Source: a virus (lineage: Duplodnaviria > Caudoviricetes). Taken from it: DNA of 31,109 nucleotides. Below are positions 1-8,907 of this stretch, piece after piece; positions within the stretch are counted from its first letter, which is position 1, and every line of letters begins with the position of its first letter. The notes below the pieces were generated by a model. That model was not told the DNA's origin. It was given only the letters and a program-made list of their open reading frames with translations, and searched no databases. A program made the position numbers and the translations under genes. The stretch covers positions 1 through 31,109 of IMG/VR virus record IMGVR_UViG_3300044484_000047, one strand, 5' to 3'.

Positions 1-1
1 C

Positions 2-115
2 CAGTTCGGCTCGAGCCTCCCGCGCGAGATCCCGGTCGGTGGCGGCCAAGTCCTCGACGCGCTCGAGCTCGCCCAGCAGATCCGCGAACGCGAAGGAGTG
101 CCGATTGAGGATTGA
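2..115 (+). CDS. 3' end of an upstream gene, probably terminase small subunit (partial)
   Basis: Frame 2 is open from the window edge (QFGSSLPREIPVGGGQVLDALELAQQIREREGVPIED) to TGA at 113-115 and overlaps the TerL start. The TerS call rests on position only. Confidence 0.5.
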   Translation, partial: QFGSSLPREIPVGGGQVLDALELAQQIREREGVPIED

Positions 116-1430
116 GCTTCCGTTCAACTGGTCGCCGCGGCCGTATCAGATGCCCCTCTGGCTCGCGATGGAGAACGGCTGCACGCGCGCGATCTGCTTC
201 TGGCATCGCCGCGCCGGCAAGGATCTCGTCGCCCTCAACACGATCGCGACCAAGGCGATGCAGCGGGTCGGCGCCTACTGGCACGTCTTCCCCACCTACA
301 AGCAGGGCCGGAAGATCGCCTGGGAGGGCAAGACCCGGGACGGCCGCTCGTTCCTCGACCACTTCCCGGCCGAGCTCGTGGTCCGCAAGCGTGAGCAGGA
401 GATGTCGATCGACTTCGTGAACGGCAGCTCGTACCACATCATCGGCGCCGACAACCCCGACTCCCAGGTCGGCACCAACCCGATCGGCATCGTCTTCTCG
501 GAGTGGGCCCTCTACGAGTCCGATGAGATCTGGGGTCGCTTGCAGCCCATCCTCGTCGAGAACGGCGGGTGGGCGATGTTCATCACGACGCCACGCGGTC
601 GCAACCACGCATACCGGATGCTGCGCCGCGCGCAGAACGATCCGAAGTGGTTCGCGGAAGTTCTGCCCTACCAGAAGACCGGGGCCATCACCCAGGAGCA
701 GGTCGAAGAGGCGATTCGCGAGGGCATGTCGAAGGATCTCGCAGCCCAGGAGTTCGAGTGCAGCTTCGACGCCGCCCTCGAGCACGCCTACTGGGGCAAC
801 GAGATGCGAGAGGCGGTCGCGCAGGGCCGCATCGGGAAGTTCGCGATGGACCCGAACCTGCCCGTCTCGACGTGCTGGGATCTCGGGATGGAAGACGCGA
901 CCGGGATCTGGTGGTTCCAGCTCTCGTTCGGGCAGCGGCGCGTCCTCGCGTACCAGTTCGGCTCCGGGCAATCCCTGGGCGCCTACGTCGCAATGCTCGA
1001 GGAGTTCGCCGGCCGGAACAAGGGGCTCGTCTACAAGGAGCACTTCCTCCCGCACGATGTCGAAGTCCACGACCTCGGCACCGGCTTCACGCGGAAGAAG
1101 ACCCTTCAGGATCTCGGGATGCGGAACATCCGCGTCGTCCCGAAGCACGCGCTTCAGGACGGGATCTCGGCCGTCCGGTCCGCCCTCGCCGGCTGCTACT
1201 TCGACGAGGACGGCTGCGAGACGGGGCTCGAGGGCCTTCGCCAGTATTCCCGCAAGCCGCTCGAGGGGCAGTTCGACCCGTCCGGCAACCAGATGTTCGG
1301 CCACGATCCGGTTCACAACTGGGCAAGCCATCCGGCGGACTCGTTCCGCACCGGAGTCATGGGGGCGAAGATCCCGCGCTACGCCGATCCCAACCACAAG
1401 ACCCTCGTCTCGGAGATGGCGATCGTCTGA
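105..1430 (+). CDS. terL: Terminase large subunit
   Basis: Adenine-binding motif PRPYQ, Walker A-like HRRAGKD, Walker B-like GIVFSE, motif III TTPRG, and RNase H-like nuclease motifs WDLG..D and HPADSFR. Start moved to TTG 105, which follows AAGGAG (93-98). Confidence 0.95.
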   Translation: MRIELPFNWSPRPYQMPLWLAMENGCTRAICFWHRRAGKDLVALNTIATKAMQRVGAYWHVFPTYKQGRKIAWEGKTRDGRSFLDHFPAELVVRKREQEMSIDFVNGSSYHIIGADNPDSQVGTNPIGIVFSEWALYESDEIWGRLQPILVENGGWAMFITTPRGRNHAYRMLRRAQNDPKWFAEVLPYQKTGAITQEQVEEAIREGMSKDLAAQEFECSFDAALEHAYWGNEMREAVAQGRIGKFAMDPNLPVSTCWDLGMEDATGIWWFQLSFGQRRVLAYQFGSGQSLGAYVAMLEEFAGRNKGLVYKEHFLPHDVEVHDLGTGFTRKKTLQDLGMRNIRVVPKHALQDGISAVRSALAGCYFDEDGCETGLEGLRQYSRKPLEGQFDPSGNQMFGHDPVHNWASHPADSFRTGVMGAKIPRYADPNHKTLVSEMAIV

Positions 1431-1451
1431 GTCCGGTATGCTGGGGGCGTC

Positions 1452-1763
1452 ATGGGCCTGGAAGCAGTCCTCCAACAGATCCGATCGGAGTCGGAGAACG
1501 CCGTCTCGGAGCTCGAGAAGCGGCTCCTGGCTCGGATCGAGCTGATCGAGGTTCGGCAGTTGCAGCTCCACAACCGGCTGCGCGAGGTGGAGGGGTTCCT
1601 TCGCTGGAAGCACCGGGATCGGAGCAAGAAGGGTCAGGACGAAGGGCCGATCAGGGCTGGCGCGCGGCGCGCGAAGATCCCTCCGAGGCCGAAGGTCATG
1701 CGTGAAAGCGGAGATGGGGTCGACCCGCCGCTGGGAGACAGGAAGTGGCTGCTGATGCTCTGA
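1452..1763 (+). CDS. Hypothetical protein (N-terminal coiled coil, basic C-terminal half)
   Basis: Fills the TerL-portal gap exactly. Its stop overlaps a portal ATG (TGATG 1761-1765). Confidence 0.65.
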   Translation: MGLEAVLQQIRSESENAVSELEKRLLARIELIEVRQLQLHNRLREVEGFLRWKHRDRSKKGQDEGPIRAGARRAKIPPRPKVMRESGDGVDPPLGDRKWLLML

Positions 1764-3823
1764 TGCCCGAAGGCGAGGAGCGGCCGTTCGAGCCGCTCAC
1801 CGAGGACGAGCTGAAGTCGATTCTCGGCGGAGAGATCCAAGACGCTCTCGGCGAAGTCGCGACCGGCAGCGACTACTCGAACGATCGCATCCGCGCGCTG
1901 CGTCTCTACTTCGGCCGTCCCCTCGGCAATGAGGTTCCCGGCCGCTCCGCCGTGGTGATGACCGACGTGGCCGACACGATCCACTGGATCTTGCCGTCGC
2001 TGATGCGGATGTTCGACGGCGAGGATCTCTTCGTCTTCGAGGCGACCACCGAGAAGGACATCGAGGCCGCGAAGCAGGCCACGCAATTCATCAACCTCGA
2101 GTTCTGGAACAACATGGAGGGCTTCGAGGTTCTCTACGAGTGGTTCTTCACGGCCCTGCTCGAGAACACCGGCATCGTGCTCCCCTACTGGGACGAGAAG
2201 GTCGAGCCGCATAACACCACGTTCACGGGGCTCACCGAGCGCGAATACAACCTGCTGATGGGCGACCCGACGCGCGAGCTCGAGGTCGTCGAGCTTCAGG
2301 AGCGCGAGGTGAAGTACGGGGAGGAGACCCTCAAGGTCTTCGACTGCACGGTCATGGAGGTCAAGCGCTCCGGCCGCATCCGCCTGAAGGGCGTCGCTCC
2401 CGAGAACTTCCTGATCTCCCGGCGTGCTAGTCGGAACAACGACGACACCGACTTCGTGGCAGAGCGCGCGAAGATGACCGTCTCCGACCTGATCGCGATG
2501 GGCTTCGACGCGGAGACGGTGAAGAACCTCCCGTCCGCCGACAGCCGCGTGCTGACGCTCGAGACGATCGAACGCGAGCGCCGCGAGGCGAACGGCGTGA
2601 AGCTCGACATCTCTCGGAAAGACGAGGCGATGAAGGAACACTGGATCCACAACTGCTGGATCCGGGTCGATCAAGACGGGGACGGGTACGCCGAGTTCCG
2701 AAATATCATGTGCGTCGGCGACAACGCGACCGAGATCCTCTCGAACGACTACGCCGATTTCAATCCGTTCGTGACCATCACGCCGGTCCCGATCCCGTTC
2801 CGCTTTGTCGGTCAGGGCATCAGCGATCTCGTGGGCGATCTCCAGATCATCCGGTCGACGCTCTTCCGCCAGATGCTCGACAACACCTACCTCATCAACA
2901 ACAGCGAGCGCGTCGTCGTCGAGGGCATGGTCGAGATCGAGGATCTGCTCACGCGCCGGCCGGGCGGGATCATCCGCGCGCAGGACGTGAACGCGGTCCG
3001 CGAGGTGGTGCAGCCTCCGCTCCCGCGCGACGCCTACATGATGTTCGACAAGCTCGACGAGATTCGGCAGGTCCGCACCGGCGTCGCAGCGGCGAGCGCA
3101 GGAGCGGGCGCCGATGCCAGCGCGATCTCGAAGACGGCGACGGGCGCGAACATCGCGATGCAAGCCGCGAATGCGCGCGTCGAGCTCATCGGTCGAATCT
3201 TCTCGCAGGGCGTGAAGCGGCTCGGGAAGAACCTGCTCCGGCTCTACAAGAAGCACGACAACAAGGCCCGCACGATCAACGTCGCGGGGCAGTGGGTCGA
3301 CATCGACCCCCGCTCGTGGCCCGACTCGCTCGAGATCACGGTCAAGCAGGGCCTCGGCGTCGGCGCCGCGGCCGAGCGGATCGCTGCGCTGATGGCGGTT
3401 CTCACGCTCCAGAAGGAGTCCGTGACCATGGGCGCGAGCTTCCTCGCGAAGCCCCGCGACCTCTACAACGCCGCGAACGAGCTGACCCGGGCGATGGGGT
3501 TCCGGGGAGCCAAGACGTTCTTCCAAGATCCCGGCGACATGGAATGGCCGCCGCCGCCGCCCGAGCCGAAGATCCTCGAGCACGAACGGCGCAAGCAGGA
3601 GGATCAGGCGAAGAATCTGCTCGACACGATGCGGCTCGCGGCCGATGATCGCGAAAAGCAGGAGATCGCGCTCTATCGCCAGCGCGAGCTCGAGTCGAAG
3701 GAGCGCATCGCGCAGCTCGATGCCGACACCCGGATCGAGGTCGCGCGTATCCAGGCGAATGCAAAGGCTGAAGCGGCCGAAGAGCGAAGCGAGGGGAGCG
3801 AGAGTGGCGAGACTGACGACTGA
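1763..3823 (+). CDS. Portal protein (P22/SU10-like, long C-terminal helical barrel)
   Basis: About 690 aa after TerL. Motifs GNEVPGRSAVV.TDV.DT..WILPSLMRMF, PENFLI and PF..ITP.PIP.RF.GQ, then a poly-Pro hinge and a charged coiled-coil C-terminus. Start is ATG 1763 or GTG 1745. Confidence 0.9.
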   Translation: MPEGEERPFEPLTEDELKSILGGEIQDALGEVATGSDYSNDRIRALRLYFGRPLGNEVPGRSAVVMTDVADTIHWILPSLMRMFDGEDLFVFEATTEKDIEAAKQATQFINLEFWNNMEGFEVLYEWFFTALLENTGIVLPYWDEKVEPHNTTFTGLTEREYNLLMGDPTRELEVVELQEREVKYGEETLKVFDCTVMEVKRSGRIRLKGVAPENFLISRRASRNNDDTDFVAERAKMTVSDLIAMGFDAETVKNLPSADSRVLTLETIERERREANGVKLDISRKDEAMKEHWIHNCWIRVDQDGDGYAEFRNIMCVGDNATEILSNDYADFNPFVTITPVPIPFRFVGQGISDLVGDLQIIRSTLFRQMLDNTYLINNSERVVVEGMVEIEDLLTRRPGGIIRAQDVNAVREVVQPPLPRDAYMMFDKLDEIRQVRTGVAAASAGAGADASAISKTATGANIAMQAANARVELIGRIFSQGVKRLGKNLLRLYKKHDNKARTINVAGQWVDIDPRSWPDSLEITVKQGLGVGAAAERIAALMAVLTLQKESVTMGASFLAKPRDLYNAANELTRAMGFRGAKTFFQDPGDMEWPPPPPEPKILEHERRKQEDQAKNLLDTMRLAADDREKQEIALYRQRELESKERIAQLDADTRIEVARIQANAKAEAAEERSEGSESGETDD

Positions 3824-4136
3824 GCAAGAGGCCGCCATCCGGGCCGGCAAAGAAGCGAAGATGATCCTCGAGAACGAGTTGGTCTCCGGCGCCCTGAAGG
3901 CGATGGAAGAGCTCTCGTTCCACGAGTTCCGGCGGTCGAAATTCGAGGAGCGAGACGTGCGCGAACGTGCGTATCTCCGCCTCTCGGCGGCCATGGAATT
4001 TCGCACGCTCTTGACGAGCTACCTGACTACCGGCAGGCTTGTGGAGGAAGAGGTGTCACGGGCAGACGCCGCGGCCAAGGCAGCCGCCCTTCCGACGACG
4101 GACGCAGACTCACCCAATGAGAGGCGACATCTCTAA
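3804..4136 (+). CDS. Small helical protein between portal and scaffold
   Basis: GTG 3804 follows GGGGAG. 110 aa (MARLTTEQEAAIRAGKEAKMILENELV...). This position is typical of podophage head modules. Confidence 0.75.
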   Translation: MARLTTEQEAAIRAGKEAKMILENELVSGALKAMEELSFHEFRRSKFEERDVRERAYLRLSAAMEFRTLLTSYLTTGRLVEEEVSRADAAAKAAALPTTDADSPNERRHL

Positions 4137-5199
4137 CGCTGACCTGCCCGTGGTCGCTCAGATCCAGGCCCACTTGGCTCTGCGCGATGCGGTTCAGCCG
4201 CCGGTGGAATCTCCGCCCGTCGCACCCGCAAAGCCTTTGCTCTCCGTGGTCCCGCCGGTGGAGAAAACCACGCCGCCGGCGCCCGCGGAAGAGCAGCCCC
4301 CGGTCGGCGAGCCCGAAGCCCCTACCGAAGAGCTCGAAGTCGAAGCTCCCCCCGAAGACACGATCCGGGATCTCACATCTCTGGCCGAGACCCTCGGCGC
4401 CGAACCGGATCTCGTTCTCGAGTCGATCATGGTGCCAAACGCGATCGGCATCGACGTGCCGCTCGGCGAAGCGCTCCAGACGTGGCGCCGCAACGAGGAG
4501 ACCTTCGACGCGCGCCGGCAGGAGCTCGAGTCGACGTACCAGGGGCGCATCGCCAACGCGACGCAGCAGACCGAGAAGGCCGTCGCCACCCTCACCGGGC
4601 TGGCGAAGGTGCTGATCGAAGAGCTGTCGAGCGACTTCCAGAACGTCGACTTCGACGCCCTCCGCCACACCAACCCCGACGAATACCTCCGGCTGTCCGA
4701 GGCGAAGATCCGCCGCCGCCAGCGCATGGAGGAGGTCTTCAAGGCCGTCGAGGGAACGGGCGTCCTGCGGCAGCAGATGTCGGCCGAGAAGCTCGCAGCG
4801 CAGCAGCGCGACGAGGCCATGAAGCTGATCCGCAAGCGGCCCGACTGGGTGAAGAAGCCCGAGATCATGCAGACGATCGTGAAGGAGAATCAGGACGTTA
4901 TGCGTCACCTGGGATTCTCCGAGGCCGAGATCAACTCCGTTACCGACCACCGTTTCATCATCGGGCTGCACTACGCAGCGCAGCACTTGAAGACGCTCCA
5001 GGGTGTCCAGGGCAAGCGTGTCGAGGACGCAAAGCGTCGGCAGCTTCTTCGCCCCCAGGCACTCCGATCCGGTCCGCGCCAGACGCCACAGGCTCCGAAC
5101 ACGGAGCTCCGCCAGACGCGGATGCAACAGTTCTCTCAGGCTCGAGACGTGAGGAGCGCGGCTGCTCTGATCGAAACGATGCTTCCTCCCCAACGGTAA
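4117..5199 (+). CDS. Capsid scaffolding protein
   Basis: Lies directly upstream of the MCP. Pro/Glu-rich N-terminus, coiled-coil middle, basic C-terminus ending in an amphipathic helix (SAAALIETML). Start is uncertain (ATG 4117 chosen). Confidence 0.8.
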   Translation: MRGDISNADLPVVAQIQAHLALRDAVQPPVESPPVAPAKPLLSVVPPVEKTTPPAPAEEQPPVGEPEAPTEELEVEAPPEDTIRDLTSLAETLGAEPDLVLESIMVPNAIGIDVPLGEALQTWRRNEETFDARRQELESTYQGRIANATQQTEKAVATLTGLAKVLIEELSSDFQNVDFDALRHTNPDEYLRLSEAKIRRRQRMEEVFKAVEGTGVLRQQMSAEKLAAQQRDEAMKLIRKRPDWVKKPEIMQTIVKENQDVMRHLGFSEAEINSVTDHRFIIGLHYAAQHLKTLQGVQGKRVEDAKRRQLLRPQALRSGPRQTPQAPNTELRQTRMQQFSQARDVRSAAALIETMLPPQR

Positions 5200-5208
5200 G
5201 GAGACACC

Positions 5209-6249
5209 ATGCCGGCCATCGAGTCCTACACCTTCGATCTCTCGAACCACGAGGATCTCGCGAACCTGATCTACAACATCAGTCCGACCGAGACGCCTTT
5301 CGTGAACAGCGCGATGCGCGGAATCGCATCGAACAAGCATCACGAATGGGAGATGGATCAGCTCGCGGCGGCAGCGTTCAACGCGCAGGTCGAAGGCGTG
5401 TCGTTCACCGCGGCGGAAACCCGCGCGGCGCCCGAGCGGCTCCAGACCTACACGCAGATCTCGACCAAGGATCTCCGCGTGACGGGCACCCAGGAGGCCA
5501 TCAACAAGGTCGGCCGCTCCTCGGAGCTCGCCTACCAGATGGCGAAGCAGGGCCTCGAGATCCGACGCGACATGGAGCGCCAGCTCATGGGCTTCATGAC
5601 CTCGGCGGACGCGACCGCGACCATTGGTGTCGGTAGCTTCGGCGACTCGTATCCGCTCCGGGTCGGCTCCTCGAGCGTCGCTCGCGTGACCGGATCGGTC
5701 CGAACGTGGATCCGGTTCAACACGAGCCTCTCGGCGACGGGCTCGCCGTCCAACGCGCTGCCGGCCTCTGCGGTCAATCAGCCGGCGGACGATGCGGTGG
5801 CGGTCTCGGGCACGGCCCGCGCGCTCCTCGAGAGCGACGTGAAGGCGGTCATCCGATCGGCGTGGACCGAGGGCGGCAACCCCTCGATGATCTTCGTCGA
5901 CGCCTTCAACAAGCAGGCCGTCTCGGCGTTCACGGGTGGAACGACCAAGTACGACACGAGCGAGGACAAGAAGCTCGTCACGGCGATCGACCTCTACATC
6001 TCCGACTTCGGGGATCACACGGTCATCCCGGACCGCTTCCTCATCCAGCCGAACGGCGCCGGCTCCAACGGGACCGCGCTCTACGCGCTCGACATGAACT
6101 ACTGGGGTATCCACTACCTGCGGCAGTTCCACGAGGTCAACCTCGCGAAGACGGCGGACTCGGAGAACCGAGCGCTCATCGCGGAGTGGGCGCTGGTCTG
6201 CAAGAACCCGCGCGGACAGGCGTGCGTCGCCGATCTGATCTTCTCGTAA
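5209..6249 (+). CDS. Major capsid protein (DUF5309/SU10-MCP-like)
   Basis: Strong RBS TAAGGAG. 346 aa with motifs EDL.N.IYNISPTETPF, HEW..D.L, TQI..K...V.GTQEA and ELAYQ.AK...EI.RD.E. Confidence 0.9.
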   Translation: MPAIESYTFDLSNHEDLANLIYNISPTETPFVNSAMRGIASNKHHEWEMDQLAAAAFNAQVEGVSFTAAETRAAPERLQTYTQISTKDLRVTGTQEAINKVGRSSELAYQMAKQGLEIRRDMERQLMGFMTSADATATIGVGSFGDSYPLRVGSSSVARVTGSVRTWIRFNTSLSATGSPSNALPASAVNQPADDAVAVSGTARALLESDVKAVIRSAWTEGGNPSMIFVDAFNKQAVSAFTGGTTKYDTSEDKKLVTAIDLYISDFGDHTVIPDRFLIQPNGAGSNGTALYALDMNYWGIHYLRQFHEVNLAKTADSENRALIAEWALVCKNPRGQACVADLIFS

Positions 6250-6255
6250 TCCCAA

Positions 6256-6291
6256 CGCCCCGGGCCGAGCCGCAAGGCAGAGCCCGGGGCG
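6256..6291 (+). terminator. Strong stem-loop after the MCP gene (terminator, attenuator or mRNA stabiliser)
   Basis: CGCCCCGGGC pairs with GCCCGGGGCG (10 bp), followed by a 3x3 internal loop and a GCC-GCAA-GGC GNRA cap. No U-tract follows. Confidence 0.5.
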
Positions 6292-6307
6292 GTGGCCGGA
6301 GCCGCGA

Positions 6308-6673
6308 ATGCCGCTACTGCCCTCCGTGAATGCCGACGACGAGATCCTGTACGCGCAGATGCTCGACATCGCGACGCCGAATACCCAGGTTCTCGCGGCT
6401 CCGTGCCGCTCGAAGGTCAAGTACCTCGCGTTCATCTTCTCCTCGGCGCCGAACGCCACGATCACGCTCACGTTCGCGACGAGGCATGGAACGCTCGGGC
6501 AGAGCTTCGTAATCGCCAGTGGGTCGGGCTCCGGTCCCGGGTACTTCCTCGAGCTTTCGCAGATGGATCGAGCCAACTACATGGAAGCCGGCGATCCGTT
6601 CGCGATCACGTCGGACGGCGCCGGAACGAACGGCGGCTTCCTCCACGTCCTCGCTGTGTTGCAGCGGGCATAG
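6308..6673 (+). CDS. Putative capsid decoration or minor head protein (beta-sandwich)
   Basis: GGAG RBS, 121 aa, beta-rich, directly after the MCP. Similar to the next gene. Confidence 0.6.
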   Translation: MPLLPSVNADDEILYAQMLDIATPNTQVLAAPCRSKVKYLAFIFSSAPNATITLTFATRHGTLGQSFVIASGSGSGPGYFLELSQMDRANYMEAGDPFAITSDGAGTNGGFLHVLAVLQRA

Positions 6674-6682
6674 GAAACGACG

Positions 6683-7471
6683 ATGCCCCTGAGCCAAATC
6701 GCGAATCATCGCCCCGACATGGTGACGCTGACGAGCTTCATGGCCGACATTGGCGCGGACGGGATCGGCGGCGCGGCGGCGGGGATCTGCCGGTTCATCG
6801 CGCCCTTCCGTAGCCGCATCCGGCAGGTCACGGTCGGAGTCTCGGGCGTCGTCTCCGGCGCGAACGGGATTCAGGTTCTCGTCGGCGGGAGTGTCGCTGG
6901 CGACGATCAGGACATGCGGTCGATGGAGATCCCGGTCAACGCGGGATCGTTCTCGAGCTTCTTGTGCCAGGGCTTCAACAGCGAGCGCAACACCCTCGTC
7001 GAAGCCGGGCAGATGTTCAAGGTGCAGTCGGACGGCGCGTCGGGCGCTTCGCTACGCGCGACCGTGACGGTCTCGCTCGAGCGGATCCCCGATCCGAAGG
7101 ACAACCTGCCGCCGGGCCAGTTCTACTGCCTGAGTGGCGTCTTCGCGAACGGAACGTCCGGTCTCCAGCATACCTATCCGATCCCGAACGGCTCCAACGA
7201 AGTGCTGAAGATGTGGTGCGGACTCTCGGCCACGATCGCGGCCCAGGCGCAGATCGTCTACGCGCTGAAGAATGGCGCGGACGCCGTTGGCTCGACGGTC
7301 GCCCTCTCCGCCGGCGGTGTCGATGGGACCGTCTTCTCGAGCACGGATTGGGGTCAGTCCCCGAATCGCTTCCTCTCCGGCTACAACCACAGCCTGATGA
7401 TGCTGACCGGCACGGCGGCCAACTTCACGAGCGAGATTCCCTGGACGGTTCTGATGCGGAGGATTGGCTGA
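6683..7471 (+). CDS. Putative capsid decoration protein, two-domain paralog of 6308-6673
   Basis: Its N-terminal half shares M.DI, AP.RS, EAG..F...SDGA and L.R with the preceding protein. Confidence 0.6.
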   Translation: MPLSQIANHRPDMVTLTSFMADIGADGIGGAAAGICRFIAPFRSRIRQVTVGVSGVVSGANGIQVLVGGSVAGDDQDMRSMEIPVNAGSFSSFLCQGFNSERNTLVEAGQMFKVQSDGASGASLRATVTVSLERIPDPKDNLPPGQFYCLSGVFANGTSGLQHTYPIPNGSNEVLKMWCGLSATIAAQAQIVYALKNGADAVGSTVALSAGGVDGTVFSSTDWGQSPNRFLSGYNHSLMMLTGTAANFTSEIPWTVLMRRIG

Positions 7472-7806
7472 TGGGCATGGGGATCCTCGACTCTCCGCCG
7501 AAGTTCGCACCCGAAGCGGCTGCGCGCGTGAAGATCACGTTGGCTGCGGCCGAAGTGGACGGCGCCCTTCCGGTCCTGCGCGGCGCGGACGGGACGACCT
7601 TTCGACCGCGATACGTCCTGATCTCTTCGGACATCGCGGCGGAGATCTGCTTCGACTCGACGGCGACGCCGGCTGCGACGACGCAGGGCCAGTGTCGCAT
7701 CCCTCCCAATTCCTTCCTGATCTTCGACGTGTCGGGGTACACGAACATCTCCACCCTGGCCGCTGGCGCCGGAACGATGTGGGTCACAGCGCTCACGAAT
7801 CAGTGA
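7471..7806 (+). CDS. Small beta-rich virion protein (head spike/base-like)
   Basis: TGATG-coupled start at 7471. 111 aa with the pattern RYVLISSD.AAEICF...ATPAA....IPPN...FDV. Confidence 0.6.
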   Translation: MGMGILDSPPKFAPEAAARVKITLAAAEVDGALPVLRGADGTTFRPRYVLISSDIAAEICFDSTATPAATTQGQCRIPPNSFLIFDVSGYTNISTLAAGAGTMWVTALTNQ

Positions 7807-7815
7807 GGACCCACC

Positions 7816-8238
7816 ATGTCGATCTGGAAGGCTCTTCTCGATCCCAGCACGAACGGAAGCGTCGCGTCGGCCATGGTCGCCGAGCCGGATGGGACTGTTC
7901 GGATCGTCCACGGGAAAGACCAGGGTTCGATCGACCTCGCGATGAAGCGCAACCGCGAGATGCGGAACCGCGGCGATGACGGCTACACCCGGGATCGAAC
8001 GATGCGTCGCGCGGCGACGATCGAGCCGTTCGTGGCCGAGCTCTGGCGCGTGAAGCACGGAGTCGACATCCTCAACCCGAACCACCGCGAGAAGGTGCTC
8101 GAGCTTCTCGACTCGCCGGAATACTCCGGCCTGAAGACGGTGGACGCGAAGCTGTCGCGCAAGCGGATCCGCACCTACTTCAAGGCGAGCACGGTGGCCC
8201 GGCCGCCGCAGGGCACGATCATCCGGCCGGGAGAGTGA
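7816..8238 (+). CDS. Phage protein of unknown function (head-tail region)
   Basis: GAGGA RBS. The pattern AATI.....ELW....G.D.........LL..PEYS.LKT resembles a small protein I recall from podophage structural modules. Confidence 0.7.
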   Translation: MSIWKALLDPSTNGSVASAMVAEPDGTVRIVHGKDQGSIDLAMKRNREMRNRGDDGYTRDRTMRRAATIEPFVAELWRVKHGVDILNPNHREKVLELLDSPEYSGLKTVDAKLSRKRIRTYFKASTVARPPQGTIIRPGE

Positions 8239-8239
8239 G

Positions 8240-8905
8240 ATGGCCGAAGGCATCGGGACGATCTACGACTACGACGAGCTCGTGAAGGTGATCCTCTCGA
8301 CGCTGCACCGGCCGGACCTCGAGCCGAAGGCGGCCGGTTGGATCGCAGCGACGGAGCTCGAGCTCTACCGCGATTGCGACGTGCGACCGGGCGACCAGAT
8401 CCTCTCGGGCACCTTCGTCGGCGGCGAGACCCAGCTCGCTCTTCCCTACGGCTGCCACCGCCCGATCAAGCTCGAGCTGAAGGACGGGGACAACGCCCGC
8501 TGGACGCCGCGGCTCGTGTCGCTCGATCAGCTCGGCGTCTACCTCGACGACTACGACGACGGCCTGCCGCGCGCGGTCGCGGTGTTCGGCGACGCGATCC
8601 AGATCGCGCCGACTCCGAAGGCCGGCCTCACCTACCGGCTCTTCTACCACGGCTTGCCCCTCCCGCTCTCGCGCACGAACAAGACCTCGCGCCTCTTCGA
8701 GATGGGATGGGACGCCTACCTCTACGGAGCGCTGACGCTCACGGCTCCGCACATTGGCGACGACGAACGGCTCCCGGTCTGGGGCAGCCTCTACGGGTTG
8801 AAGAAGGCATCGCTCAAGCGAGCGGTGTGGCGGGCGCGCACGGGCGCAGGTCTCCTCACCTCGAAGCCGGACTTCCGCGTCAGTGACCAACACGTCGAGG
8901 AGTAA
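8240..8905 (+). CDS. Head-tail adaptor (tail tubular protein A-like)
   Basis: 221 aa with motifs Y.EL......L.R.DL, AE..L.R, G.P......GD.I...PTP and DAYLYGAL..A..I..DER...W. Lies just before the nozzle gene. Confidence 0.8.
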   Translation: MAEGIGTIYDYDELVKVILSTLHRPDLEPKAAGWIAATELELYRDCDVRPGDQILSGTFVGGETQLALPYGCHRPIKLELKDGDNARWTPRLVSLDQLGVYLDDYDDGLPRAVAVFGDAIQIAPTPKAGLTYRLFYHGLPLPLSRTNKTSRLFEMGWDAYLYGALTLTAPHIGDDERLPVWGSLYGLKKASLKRAVWRARTGAGLLTSKPDFRVSDQHVEE

Positions 8906-8907
8906 CC

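Noticed and set aside
39-104. Track-predicted N-terminal extensions (TerL from 39; also 3645, 4039, 6964, 9441, 25112, 25378, 28892)
   Set aside because: They overlap upstream genes. Downstream starts with an RBS or stop-start coupling fit better.
523-1705. Long alternative-frame ORFs on the + strand (also 2710-3648, 16176-17624 and others)
   Set aside because: Arg/Pro/Ser-rich off-frame products of GC3 bias that overlap genes with clear family motifs.
6239-6310. Programmed frameshift extending the MCP into the 6308 ORF (T7 10A/10B style)
   Set aside because: The +1 frame is open from 6239, but there is no recognisable slippery site and the 6308 ORF has its own GGAG RBS.
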